Source: Lama guanicoe (Eukaryota). From it: a stretch of 64,000 nucleotides of DNA. Positions 11,961 to 24,230 of the stretch are shown here, piece after piece; the stretch's first letter is position 1; every line of letters starts with the position of its first letter. Location: assembly GCA_013239625.1 (NCBI GenBank), contig MU053823.1, positions 627,565 to 691,564 of the forward strand, in the 5' to 3' direction. The position numbers and the translations under genes were made by a program. A model generated the notes under the pieces. That model worked only from the letters and a program-made list of their open reading frames with translations. It was not told where the DNA came from and made no database searches.

Positions 11961-12034
11961 CCATCTGTATACCTTCTTCAGTGAAATGTCTGCTCCATGA
12001 CTTTTACTTTCTCTATTTAACTGCTGAGTATTTT

Positions 12035-12960
12035 TTTAATAATGGCTTTATTGAGATATATCTCAGATACTGTACAATTCACCATTTAAAGTGTACAATT
12101 CAGTGGTTTTCAGCATACTCACAGAGCTGTGCAACCACCACTGTAATTAATTGTGGAGCACTTCATCACCCCCAAAATGAACCCCACACCTGTTAGCACT
12201 CACTCTCAAAGTTCTCCCCAAACTCCCAGGCCTAGGCAAGTACTAATCTACTTTTTATCTTTATGGATTCGCCTCTTCTAAACATGTCATGTAAATGAAA
12301 CCATGTAGATTAGTCTAATATGACTATTCTTTCTATTTTTTTTCCTTATAGGACTCAAAACTTTAATTGCATTCCCATTATAGTCAGGAAGTATAATAAG
12401 CCCTCAAGAAAAAAAGCAAAAACGCCAAGATGTTCTTTCATTTGTTGCTCATACTTTTGATGTCATATCTAAGAAACCACTGCCTAATCTAGGATCACAA
12501 AAGTTTGCATCTATGTGTTCTTCTAAGAGTTCTGTGGGTTTAGCGCTTACATTTAAGTCTTTGATCCATTCTGAGTTAATTTTTGTATTTCTTTTTTTTT
12601 TGCATATGGCTATCCTGTTGTTCCTGTAACGTTTATTGAACAGACTATCCGTTCCCCACTGAATGTTCTTGCCATCTTTGTTGACAAATCAGCTGAACGT
12701 GGACACGGGGTTTATTTCAGGACTCAGTTGTGTCCACTGATCTTATGTCCAAGCTGCTGCTAATACCACCCTGGTCGGAGTACAGTTTACTGCTGGGTTT
12801 TGTTGAAAGGGCTGCTTGTTTTCTTGATGCACGACCTTCATCAGTATGTGCTTTGTAAATGTTTTTTCTGTGGCCTACCTTTTCATCATCTCTAGGGTCT
12901 TTTGCAGAGCAAATGCTTTTCATTTTGGTGAGGCCTTATCTGTCTGTCTATCTGGGCTTG
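12035..12960 (-). mobile_element. Old LINE-1 (L1M) fragments
   Basis: tacaattcaccatttaaagtgtacaattcagtgg and tttaagtctttgatccattctgagttaatttttgt motifs. Confidence 0.7.
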
Positions 12961-12979
12961 TGCTTTTCATGTTAAGCCT

Positions 12980-13160
12980 CTGTTTTGAAAATAAAGTTTC
13001 ATGGTCACACAAGCTTGTCCACTTATTTACATACTGTCTGTGGCTATTTTAACTTATAATAGCAGTGTTGGAAAGTTGTAACAGAGACCATGCGGCCCAC
13101 AAAGCCTAAAATTTTTGCTATCTGGATCTTAGCAGAAGAGTTTCTTGGCCCCCTGCTCTA
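12980..13160. mobile_element. MER58A-like hAT DNA transposon
   Basis: aaataaagttt..tttacatactgtctgtggct..gttgtaacagagaccat..ggcccacaaagcctaaaat motif. Confidence 0.75.
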
Positions 13161-14029
13161 ATCTGATAAATCTTTATTCTCCGTGGCCTTTTCATACTCC
13201 CTCTGTCTGAAACGCTCTTTCTTCTCAAGGCTGGCTCCTTACTGTTACCCGGGTTTCTGCTCAAATTTACTTTAGAGAGGCCTTCCCTGACCACAATATT
13301 TAGAATATGCCACCCTCCCCACCATCTGTGCCCTTACTTACTTTTTCTTCATAGAATTTATCACTTCCCACACTAGAGTAAGCGCTGTGAGGGCAGCCTC
13401 AGGCACCAACAGTGCCTGGCATGTAATATCACTCAAGAAATATTTGAATGAGTAAGTGAGTCATAGAGAACTATGTGGAAATCACATCTTTCCAGAAAAA
13501 AATAATCCTACTTACTGTCCCATAAAATGTTTTGTTGGAGGAACAATACTTGAAAAAGAGAACACTATGTCCGATTCCCATCATGAGCTGTGTAATGTTG
13601 ATGTGTCATTTTACCTCCGTGGTTTTTCTCCATATATCAAGCTGAGGAGTTACAGAGGATGTCTGAAAATCTTTACATTTGTTTTCTAACTCCGAATTCC
13701 TTCCCACTCTCTTCTTGAACCTGAACTGAAATTCAATATGTGGATAATAATGTAGGTTATCTTTTTCACACAGTAATTGATCTCTGCTGATTGCTCTTGA
13801 ATTCTGAACCTCTTGATCTGTCTGCAGGGGAACAGTGCAGAGCAGAGGAGAGGAAAGAGCTGTGGCGCAAAGACACCGGTCGCAGGCCAACTCTAGCACT
13901 CACTAGTTGTGCAACCTTGAAAACTTGTCTCAAGATCTTAAACTTTGTTTTCAAATAACAGGTGCCTCACAAATCAATGTATGCAAATAATAATAAATTC
14001 CCAATTACTTAACATCTTTTCTACGCCAC

Positions 14030-14715
14030 TGTGAGATAATAGAAAATACATATTGGTCCCCCGCCTCCCTGTTTCCTGGCATAGATCTCCTAAAACCCTT
14101 GTAATTAAGTGATAAGAACACTGGGACCATCTCTTGGTCTAATATCTGTTTTTGACCAGGTCCCTGACCCAGGGCTCCTAAAAACCTTGTAAATTCCTAA
14201 GTGACTAGAGCACTAGGACTATTTTTTGTTCTAATTAAGGGACTCTGGGTGGGCTCCTGGATGTCTCAAGGATGGGGGCTGGTCACCAGAAAGACCAAGC
14301 CATGATTAGCAGCTTGGAACTTTCAGCCTCATCCCCCATCCTCCAGAGAGGGGAGAGGGGCTGGAAATGGGGTTAATAATTGATCATGCTTACAAGAGGA
14401 AGCCTCCATAAAATCTCAACAGTAGGAGGTCTGGTAAACACATCACACCGGGAAGGTGACACGCCCCACCTCCCTGGGGATGGACACTCCTATGTATGGA
14501 ACTCTCCCAGACCTTGCCCCCATGTATCTCTTTATCTGGCTGTTTGCTTGTATTCCTTATCATATCTTTTAGTAAACTGGTAAACAGAAGTGTTTCCCTG
14601 AGTTCTGTGATTCATATTAGCAAGTTAATCGAACCCAAGGAGAGGGTCGTTGTAATCTGATCTATAGCTGGTTGGTTCGAAGCACAGGTGATAACCTGGC
14701 TTGCGACTGGCATCT

Positions 14716-14752
<37 letters not shown>

Positions 14753-14885
14753 TAGGGTGGGGGTGCAGACTGTGAGACTGAGCCCTTACCTGTGGGATCC
14801 GATGCCATCTCTGGTTAGAACTGAGTTAAACTGTAGGACATCCAGCTGGTACCACAGAGAACTGCTTGGTGTGCAGAAAAACTGA
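14030..14885 (+). mobile_element. MER21-family LTR (ERVL-related), containing (TG)n
   Basis: Resembles recalled MER21C consensus (tcctggca..ctcctaaaacccttg; agaaagaccaagccatgattag); homologous in inverse orientation to 63477-64000. Confidence 0.75.
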
Positions 14886-17829
14886 GGGGTTTTTTTTCCC
14901 TTTACAGTGAAATGCTTTGCCAAGTACTAGAATATATTATGTAATTTTTAATTGTCACAATAATCAGCAAAGACAGATGTTACCCAAAGAGTCAATCATA
15001 GTGTCTGGTTAATAGGTATGAAATAGGACAAACTCACAGCCACATGTATGTGGCTGTCTAAACGGCCTTGTCAAAAATAAAATCACTGGGATTTTTGGTT
15101 TCTTTTTGTTATTGCTGAGGTGTAGTTGATGTAAAATCACTGATTTTAATGCCAACGGCAACAGCAACAACCATCTTAAACCTTTGCTTACCCTTAATGT
15201 CCCACTAAAATTCAGCAGACTTTGTCCTTTAATTTCTTGATTACTGAGATGTTCACAGGCATGTGTTTCTTTTTAAATAAAATAACAACTACAACAATGA
15301 TATATGATATCTTAATAATGATAAGGTTGGCACAATTAGGAAACCCACAAACAACAGAGATAGACTACCCTATGTTTTGAAATGGAACACACAGTACCTC
15401 CCAGTCTTAAATAGTCAAAATTAATAAGTAAATTAAATAAATACACAGTAGGGAGAGCTTGGTGGAGAGCTGGGGTGGGCAGGGGGCACAGTGACTTTGT
15501 TCTTGATTGTTCTTGATCTGATCGATAGGGGAGTGAACACACTTAACAAGAGGACCACTCGTCCCCTGATTTCTGCCTGTCACACCTTGTCCTCATAGTG
15601 CTCCCAACAAAGCCTTTCCGGAAAAATAGTCTTATCAATTGTCACGTAAATGTATCATCTTTAAAAATGTGTTGACTTTTAGGACTTTTCCAAAAAATGC
15701 ATTTTGGGAAAAATGTACTAAGAAAAAGCAGTTGCTCCCCCTGATCTTCTCCCAGCTCTGTTGCTTAGCATGAGCATTAAAAAGATCAGGAAAAAAATCT
15801 GGCAGTCTGAGAAGACAACCATTCAAGATTCCTGTGAATTCCCTGAGAACAAGCTTATTTAAAGTCTTTTGAGATGTGACCACATGTGGTAAACCCTTGA
15901 CTCCAGGCAATACTGATTTAGCCAGCAGGTGATGCTCACCCTGCCCCCATCCCCATCCACAAATCTCTTAATACCTTTCTTGGATCTTCATCACCATGCT
16001 TTGCAAGTAATATGACCCAATTACACTCTAGAGTCTGCTCTGTACAAGTAGTTCTTATTATTGTGCACATTCCGATATGACTCTATGTTACCCCTCCCAC
16101 CTTTACAGCCATGGCAGTTTTCAAGGAAATTCCCCCTCATCCAGTTGTGTATAATTTACTAAGGCCTGTTTGCAATTACAGGGCTGAACATGGATATTTT
16201 ATAGTTCTTATTGTTCTTGATGTTAAAGCACAAAATGCCACAAACATCTGAAAAGGGAGAGAATATGGGAAATGTACTAAACCTACTGGCAGTAACGTTC
16301 TTTCCCACAGCCCCCTATGTAGGTCCACATTAATAAGACAACGAAAATTTAGGAAGATGATAGCTATTGAGATTATTAACATAATCATGACAAAACAATT
16401 TGACATCAATCTGACATAAATTCTTAATACTCACATCCTGTTTGCTGCTCTCCATCTCTCTGCTATACTAAGAATTGACTCTCCCTCCAATTCTTCTTCG
16501 AGGTACTGCTTCCTGTGAATTGTAATTGGCTAGTTATTTATTCGCTTTATCTACTTAAGCTCCTTGAGACATGAGGCTCTGACTTAGCCCCCAACCCACC
16601 AGCACACCAATAAATACTTGTGGAAGAAGGTGAAAGCTCATATAATTCTAACGTCTGAGATGAACTCAATTCTGGGGTCCTCAACAAAGCTCTTTCTACT
16701 TGTTCAGTAGCCAGTGGGAAGACTTTTATCAAGTAAAAGAAGAGAAAAGGGAAAAGGATGGTGAAAATGAAATCTCTATAATTTGAGTCATTGCTCTGTC
16801 ACCAACTAGCACCGTGTCCCCATCAGCAAAATGAGCAGGGATTAGGTGAACTTGCTGTTATAAAGGTCTGTGATTTAATTTGACTATTTTGCCTTATAAA
16901 ATTAGAAAATATTTGAGATAAGCCACCTCCTCATAGCTTCCCCTGAGCCTCAACTCAGCTGCCTCCGTGAGCTGCAGTGGAGTCAGAAATCATGATTCTG
17001 CTTCACCAGCTGTCAAGTTTGAGTGTCTTCTCCTGTACCAGCTCTCCTGTCTTGGATGTGTAGTTCTGGAGATGAACTGAGATGTACTGTGAAGCACTAA
17101 TGTTATTTCCAGTTTATTAAGAGGAGGGGGAGAATTCAGACAGACCATTTCCTTGACTAGTCCATACACTCCTTATCACCCTTTCCTTTTCATTTCTCTC
17201 TACAACCTTCCCACCCCAGCCTCATCTCTCCCCTTTCCTCTGTCTGATAGTTCTTGTCTTCCAGGTCACTCTCATTCCGGAAAAAACAAAAACAAAAACC
17301 CCACAAGTCTTCTCACTCCAATAAACATACTTTTCTTGAAAAGTGAGGTGCCACTTGCATTGCATGAATGAATGAGCCATAATTTTCTAAAGAAATACCA
17401 ATTTTCATCTTGCAAAAACCTACAGAGCTACTCATGTGCATAGCACTGAAATTCTGGGTAGGTATCTTTTTCTGGCCGGCACAGTTCCCTTGGCCTAGAT
17501 TGTTTCTCTGGGGCCCCCTCTCACTTGCTTCAGGTCTCTGCTCCAAAGACACTTCCTCAGACCCACTCCTTCTCCTTCCCCCAATTTACTATGCCAGTCC
17601 CCTCCTCATTTCTTACTACATGTTTCCTTCGTAAGATTTATCAGTGTCTGGCATGTTACGATAGATCCACGCATCTTCTTGTCTATAGCTTCCCTAGATT
17701 ATAAGCTCCAGGAGGGCAGGGCCATTGCCCACCTCGTTCACAGTGGGATCCCCTGCACCTGGAGCAGGGCTCGGACACGGTAGGCGCTCAGGAAACAACA
17801 AATATTCTCTCCAGGACTCTGAGACGACT

Positions 17830-18770
17830 AGCTAGTTTCTCCAGAGCCCCAGGACCCCCTGTCCCTTAGTCCAGCCCAGCTGGGAGTCACCACCCACCTC
17901 CAGCAGAGCCCAGCTCGGAGGCTCGTCCTCCCGCCTGCCGGCCACCGGGACGGCACAGCGCTGCGCACCCTCCACCCGGACCGGGCAACTGCGGTTGGGC
18001 CCAGCGGCTCCACTCAACCGCCCATCTCCGGGACCCCGACGCCGCTCCGCCGGTCCCAGGCCGCCGCGCCCGGGGGTAACAGTGATGGCGCCCCCGCGCT
18101 TCCGCCCGCCCCGCAACGCGGCCGTTAGGACCCCCGCGCAGCTACGAGACGGCCAGGGTTCTGCTTTGAACGATCCGTTGACGCGGGAGTGCAACGTGAC
18201 TCGTGGGTCCGGCTCCCTCCGGACGCAGGACGCAGGCGCCCACCCGCGGCGGGAGCTCGGGTCGCGCTCGCGGGTCCCCCCAACCGCGGCCCCAGCCCCG
18301 CTTCTCACCTTCGCGCCCAACCGCCCGGCGGGGCCGCCGCCCACCCCGCATCCCACCCGGCGCCCCCTGCGGCTTCGCCGGGAGCGCGGGGAACCCTTCA
18401 CGGGGAAACAGCTCTGGGCCCCACCATCCTTAACGCCGCCCTTAAGAGGGTGTTGACGTTTCTGCTTTAAGAGATACCGGTCCCCCTCAACGCCTCCTCG
18501 GCCCGGAGCCGGTGCCCCCAGATATCTCTGCGGGCTGGGCCAGAGTCAGGGCTGAGAAGGCCGAGGCCAGTTTCCAGTAGTTCTTTAGGACCCAGTGGCT
18601 CTTTTCTGATGAAAAGCCCCAGCTGCCTTTCTCTCCACCTCTTGGAAAGGACTCTAAAATTTGGGGTTAGGAGTCATAAATGTCGTCCCCCGCTGCCTGA
18701 TTGGTGCTATTGGGGGAGGGGGGAGGGCAAGCGAGGAAACGGTGTTTGGAGAGATTGCCCGCCTCCCACC
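17830..18770 (-). promoter_or_regulatory. Orphan CpG island with - strand promoter and first-exon donor
   Basis: Strong CpG density at 17900-18530; ATTGG at 18700 and 18709; GC boxes at 18712-18770; donor AAG|GTGAGA at 18309. Confidence 0.6.
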
Positions 18771-18859
18771 CCAAGCTAACTTGGAATTATTTGGAGGCTC
18801 ATCATGATAGCATGGGCTTTAGAAAGCGTTGAATGAATAGTGACAAGGCTTTTAAAAAA

Positions 18860-19600
18860 AAGGAATACACCACACTTTTCAAAAGAGAATACTCCAGTGA
18901 CCAATAAACTCATGAAAAGGTGTGGACTGAACTGATCATCGGGGAACTCCAAATTAAAACCACACGAGAGTCCACCGCACACCCACCAGGATGGTTAAAA
19001 TGAAGGAGGAAAAGGAAAGAAAAAGAAAATGCCAAATGTGGGAGGGGAGATAGAGCATCCAGAATTCTCTCTGTTAATGGGGATATGAATTGATAAATTG
19101 GTGCACTTTGGAAAACTTTTGCAATGTTTATTATAATGGAACATAAGCCTGCCCTATGACCCCACAATTCCACCCCTAGTTATATATGCAACAGAAATGC
19201 ATACACATGTTCATCAAAAAGCAGGTACTAGCATATTCATCTCAGCAGTATTTATAACACTTCCAGGCTGGAAATAATCTGGATATCCATTAAGAATGGA
19301 TAATTACGTTGTGGTATATTCACACACGGGAATATGTCACAGCAATGAGCATGAACATGCTACAGTGAGGTACAGTTATGTGGATGACTCTCACAAAGTT
19401 GAGTGAAAGAACCAGGTGCAAAAGAGAGCAGACCAAATGATTCCATTTATATAAAAAATTCAAAAACAGGCAAAACTGTTCTACGGTGTCAAAAATCTAA
19501 ATTGTGGTTACCCTTTTGGGGGTTGTGACTGGGAGGGGACACCAGGATCTCCGGGGTATGTTCTGTAACTTTTTCTGGGTGCTGTTAACTTTATAGAAAC
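18860..19600 (+). mobile_element. Old LINE-1 (L1MC/ME-like) fragment
   Basis: ORF2-end/3'UTR motifs (gccctatgacccca caattccacccctag; gtggtatattcacac). Confidence 0.7.
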
Positions 19601-20450
19601 AGTCATGCAACCGAACATTTTTTCATATGCATTTAAAAACATTTTTTGTACATACATTTTTATCGAAGTATAATCAGTTTACAATGTTGTGTCAATAAAA
19701 ACTTTTTAATTAAAAAAAGCCTGAACTTTTATTAATTTGTCCAAGTTCTCCTCTATTCAATGCAACATACATTTTATAGTCACTGTTTGGCATATTAAGG
19801 CACTCGTAGGCACTGTGAAATCCTGGAAAGTTGTCTCTGCTTTCCAGGAGTTGATAACCTAGGAGGTGGTACAAATAAAAGTCATTGCTCAGGAGTAGTC
19901 TTTGATTCTATGCTAATTGTTAGGCAAGTCCAAAATAACTACTTTGGAAGAAAATTGGGGGAAAGAATATGCATCTAGGCAGAGTTTGTGAGTCAGGCGG
20001 GATCTTAAGAGCCTGCACTTCCTTGTCGGCAGGGAGCAGGGGGATCAACTGTCTCAGCTTTTCCAGGACTGAGGGGTTCCTCAGGACAGGGTACTTCTAG
20101 TGCTAACTCCGAGACAGTCGTGGGCAGCCTCGGCTGGGTGTTCACGCTAGCCGGGGCTGAGCCGGATTCATCTTTGAAGTTTCTCACACAAAGTCTGGCA
20201 CATAGCAGTTGCTTAATAAGCTCAGTGAATATTTGTTGAAATGAAATGGGGGGAAATGGGGGAAATGGTAACAGAAATAAAGGTACCTGTTTAGGCAATG
20301 GCAGTCGTTTTGGGGGCAGGAATTGTGGGAAATATGGGTCGGATTAGGTTGAGGAGGGCCTTGAATGCTAAGCTGAATAGCATGTATTATGTCTTATTGA
20401 CGACTGGTAGCTATGGACGCTTTTGAACAAACAATGATGTGGGAAAAAAA

Positions 20451-20534
20451 ATTATTTAAATGGAGGTACTGGGGACTGAACCCAGGACCTCGTGCATGCT
20501 AACATGCGCTCTACCACTGAGCTGTGCTCTCCCC
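20451..20534 (-). mobile_element. tRNA-Ala-derived SINE (vic-1-like)
   Basis: ggaggtactggggactgaacccaggacctcgtgcatgct..ctctaccactgagct. Confidence 0.85.
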
Positions 20535-20756
20535 AACCCTGAAAAGGAAAATCTGTGTTTTTCCTTATTAAATCTGGGCTGCCAAACAGGACTAATTGAT
20601 ATAGTTAGAGCTGGCCTAAGTCTACAAGCTGAAGTGCAGGCAGAAGGTTATTAGGAGTCCAGAAAAAAAATTAAGTAACAGACTTTCACAACCATAGGGG
20701 AACTAGGAGCTAATCTAATGCCTTCCTTGTTTTTTCAATTAAGAATTTTTATTATC

Positions 20757-21260
20757 ACAATAGTTTCATCTTATCTATGGGGGATACTTCCCAAGACCCC
20801 AGGGGATGCCTGACACCACAGATTGTACCAGACCTTTTATACACAATGCTTTTTCCTATGCATACTTACCCATGATAGAGTCTAATTTATAAATTCTTCA
20901 CAGTAAGAGATTAATAACAATAACTAATAATAAAATAGAAGTTATAACAATATACTGTGATAAAAGCTATGTGAACGTGATATTGTGACTACATCTGATA
21001 ACTCTGCCAAGCTGCTGAGTGACTAACGGGCAGGTAGTGAATTTGGGGTGGATACGCTAGAAAACGAGATGATTCATGTCCCAGGCAGGATGGAGCGGGG
21101 TGGCTCGAAATTTTATGATGCTGCTTAGAAGGGGGGCACAGTTTAAAACTTGTGGATTGTTTATTTCTGGAATTTCCCCTTTAATATATTTTCAGACAGT
21201 GGTTGACTGTGGGTAGCTGAAACCTCAGAAATCAAATCTGCTAGAGAGGGACTACTGTAT
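20757..21260 (-). mobile_element. MER44/Tigger7-like TcMar DNA transposon
   Basis: Terminal cagtagtccc motif with TA at about 21258; internal aataacaataactaataataaaatagaa and ggggatacttcccaagacccc. Confidence 0.75.
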
Positions 21261-21830
21261 ACGTTTCTTTTAGAAACTGTTTCTTCCATACCTCTTCCCC
21301 TCCTTTCTTAAATGTTAATATTTACTTGTAATCCTAATTTTAGTTAGCAATAAATGAAAGCCCGGTGGTTAAGGTGACTTCTTCTGTTTATTTGGCAGGT
21401 CCTAAGCAGGACTGGGTAAGAAGCTGTCTATTGCTTGCAAGGGGCAGTGAAACCACTACTTCGGTGGTTTCATAGCCCTGCCACGCTGGAACAAAGTGTT
21501 CACTGAGAAAGGAAAGGACCACATAGTGTTTTCCTTGGAGTTATATTTATCCAGCTCTTCAATTCTGAGAGTATAATCTTCCCACCTTTTTGGTGTAAAA
21601 ACTGTTACTTCTTTTATGAAATGATGGCTACGGTCGGTGATAGTTGGTAATGTCTGTGACGATATAAAAAGTCCTCTATTTCCCCTTCTGCCCCTGTTGG
21701 TTTATAAAATGAAAAGATATGAAACAAACTTCTGTCTCATTCTCGTACTGCTTCTGGCTCGGAATCCTTGACATGCAGATACACGTACACTTGTGATGGT
21801 TATGGCTGAACCACATTCTACCTCCTTTTT

Positions 21831-22367
21831 TCGTTTTCTATGGTGAAAATTTTTATATTTAGAATTGGCCAGCTAGACTCAGTTTAGATGATCCTAATTT
21901 TGCTGGCAGCATCTAAAGCATCATAGTCAGGAGCCAGTCGTACATATGCCTTCTTCTCTCCATCAGGCCTGCTCAGGGTGTTGATCTTAACTACATCAGT
22001 GTCATAGAGCTTCTTCATAGCCTGTTTGATCTGGTGCTTTTTGGCCTTGACATCCACAATGAACACAAGTGTGTTGCTGTCTTCTGTCTTCTTCATTGTT
22101 GACTCGGTGCTCAGGGGGAACTTGATGATGGCTAGTGGTCAAGCTGGTTTCTCCTAGGGAAGCTTTTCCGGGGGTTTTTGGGCTGCCTTCTGAGCTGCAG
22201 TGTTTTGGGCTGTCAGAAGTTGGGTGACGCCCGGATCTTCTTTTTTTGTGGCTGTGGTTGCCTCTCAGCACTGCTTTCTTGGCCTTCAAAGCCCTTGCTT
22301 TGACTTCAGCTTTGGGAGGGGCGGGGACTTCTGTCTTTGCTTTATGTGCAGTCTTAGTGAAAAGTCA
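21831..22367 (-). pseudogene. RPL23A: RPL23A processed pseudogene, full length with frameshifts
   Basis: KAKKAVLRG.HSHKK and [44 protein letters not shown]; UTRs and decayed poly(A) present; 11-bp TSD ACCTCCTTTTT at 21820-21830 and 22368-22378. Confidence 0.95.
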
Positions 22368-22700
22368 ACCTCCTTTTTATATGCCTGCAGAAGCTGTAAG
22401 ACCAAACACTATATATCCCAGATTCTCTTGCAGCTAGGGGTCTAGTTGTAAATTGTGATCTATCAATAATTTGCACATCCAAGAGACTTGAAAAGTAGAA
22501 GGGAGGTGGGGGCCTTCTATGGGCTGCTTTGGCCGTTGCCACTGGCCAGCATGGTCATGAGATGTTGAGGTTTTTTTCAGCAGTGTTCTAGTAACCACTT
22601 ACTAGCTCCTGGTCACTGAAGGCTACTGAGGCTGTGTTAGCAACAGTAGGGCTCTGGTCCCCTCAGGGACAGTTTCTGCTTTGGTGTTACTGGGCACCAT
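22368..22700. mobile_element. Probable old ERVL LTR (LTR16/33-like) interrupted by the RPL23A retrocopy
   Basis: atcccagattctcttgcagctaggg motif; the left part of the element appears to lie at about 21792-21830. Confidence 0.4.
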
Positions 22701-22817
22701 CACAGGGAAGTCAGTGCTTTAAGTGTATACATTATTAACCAAAAAATAATACTGTGTGTTTCCACATCATTCATTTAACATTACTAGGAACTAAATGCCC
22801 TTTTTGCTCATAAACAA

Positions 22818-23530
22818 TTTTTTTGAAGGTTCCAATGTGTTTTTATTGATTAGAATTGTATATCGTTGTAATCCTTCCATCATACATATAAAATATAGTA
22901 ATAACCAAATATCTGATACTAAAATAACTTACTGACAAGTTCTACTATTGAACGCAGAATAGTTCTCTCTCTCTTAACAATTAAAGAAAGAAGAAAGAAA
23001 GAAGAAAGGAAGGAAGGAAGGAAGGAAGGAAGGAAGGAAGGAAGGAAGGAAGAAAGGAAGAAAGGAAGGAAGGAAGAAAGAAAGAAAGAAACCACTGAGT
23101 TTATCTTGGAAAATTTAAATTCTGGCCATTATTTTACAAGTCGGCAATCTGAGTAATTCAGCTTGAAGATGACTTTCTCCTTGTAGACGTCTGCTCGTCC
23201 ACGTGCGATCTGGGACCTCCTCGGGTCGCAAGCTTTTTCTGCATATGATGGACTTTGGAGACGGGACCTCGCAATTGTCCTCGCCTTGAGCCCTGGTCAA
23301 AGTTCCATATTCAGCCAATCCCAGTTTTTTACTTTCAGCCAGAGTATATTTGCAGAAAAACGCCCCTTGTACCTTACCAAAAATGTCATAATCCACTGAT
23401 ATCAGGGTGTCCCCTTCTGCCTCGCTCATGCTCACACGCTCCTGGTCCTCCTCCCACGCGGCGGGGACTCCCGGGCCACCACCACGCCAACGGTTCCCCC
23501 AGCCGCGTAACCGCTGCGCCCGGAAGCTCA
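22818..23530 (-). pseudogene. ACYP1: ACYP1 (acylphosphatase 1) processed pseudogene
   Basis: ATG at 23429: MSEAEGDTLISVDYDIFGKVQG..KKLGL, then frameshifted GQLRGPVSKV.HMQ; original stop at 23131-23129; catalytic Arg changed to Cys; AATAAA at about 22848-22843 plus A tail; GC-rich 5'UTR retained. Confidence 0.92.
22984..23090 (+). repeat. (GAAA)n/(GGAA)n microsatellite inside the ACYP1 retrocopy 3'UTR
   Basis: Direct inspection. Confidence 0.95.
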
Positions 23531-24109
23531 GACAAAACAATTCTCGACAAAAATTTTAACACCTCCCTCCTCCCTCGCCCCCGCCCACCAACTTTGGCAC
23601 AAGCAACATACATCTTATTATGCTAGGACTGTTACTGCTTAGTCGTAATTTTCCCGTGGTACTTTTATTACTGCAAATACAGCTGCCTCCTGTTCCTCCC
23701 CTTCTTTCTCCAAAATGGTCATCATGATACTGAAGGGCCAGCATAATATTGTTCCCTGTTAACTATCTGACCGAGATAAGCCAGAAAAATTATAAGAAGA
23801 TGGGATAAACAGAAGGTACCTGCTGCTGAATCTTGACCAATAGGCCTGGCGGGCTCTTGCAGTGGGGATAGTTACACTACCGCCGGGAAGTCCTGGTATT
23901 CCTTCAATTTTAGAGCGCAATTTTCAGACAATGTTAGTTTTAAGAAAATGTCTGGACTAGAAGAAATATATATACATTTGTCCCGAGAAGCAAGCAATTA
24001 TGGATTCCATAATTTATACAGTGTAGATGGTATCTCTCAGCACTCTCAAATAGTAAGTTCTTCCTACTCTGGAATCACAGATTGTAGGTTAAAAACACCT
24101 TACTCCCCC

Positions 24110-24194
24110 CCTTTTTTTTAATGCATCTTTATTGAAGTAGAGTGATTTACAATGTTGTGTTAGTTTCAGGTGTACAGCAGAATGATTCAGTTAT

Positions 24195-24230
<36 letters not shown>

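Noticed and set aside
13981..13988. Perfect octamer ATGCAAAT as a possible OCT4-SOX2 enhancer
   Set aside because: No correctly spaced SOX half-site; a lone 8-mer is expected by chance in 64 kb
16811..16823. ATGGGGACAC on the - strand resembling the SLC2A3 start (MGT)
   Set aside because: Only about 10 nt match, poor donor, and MIR-like surroundings
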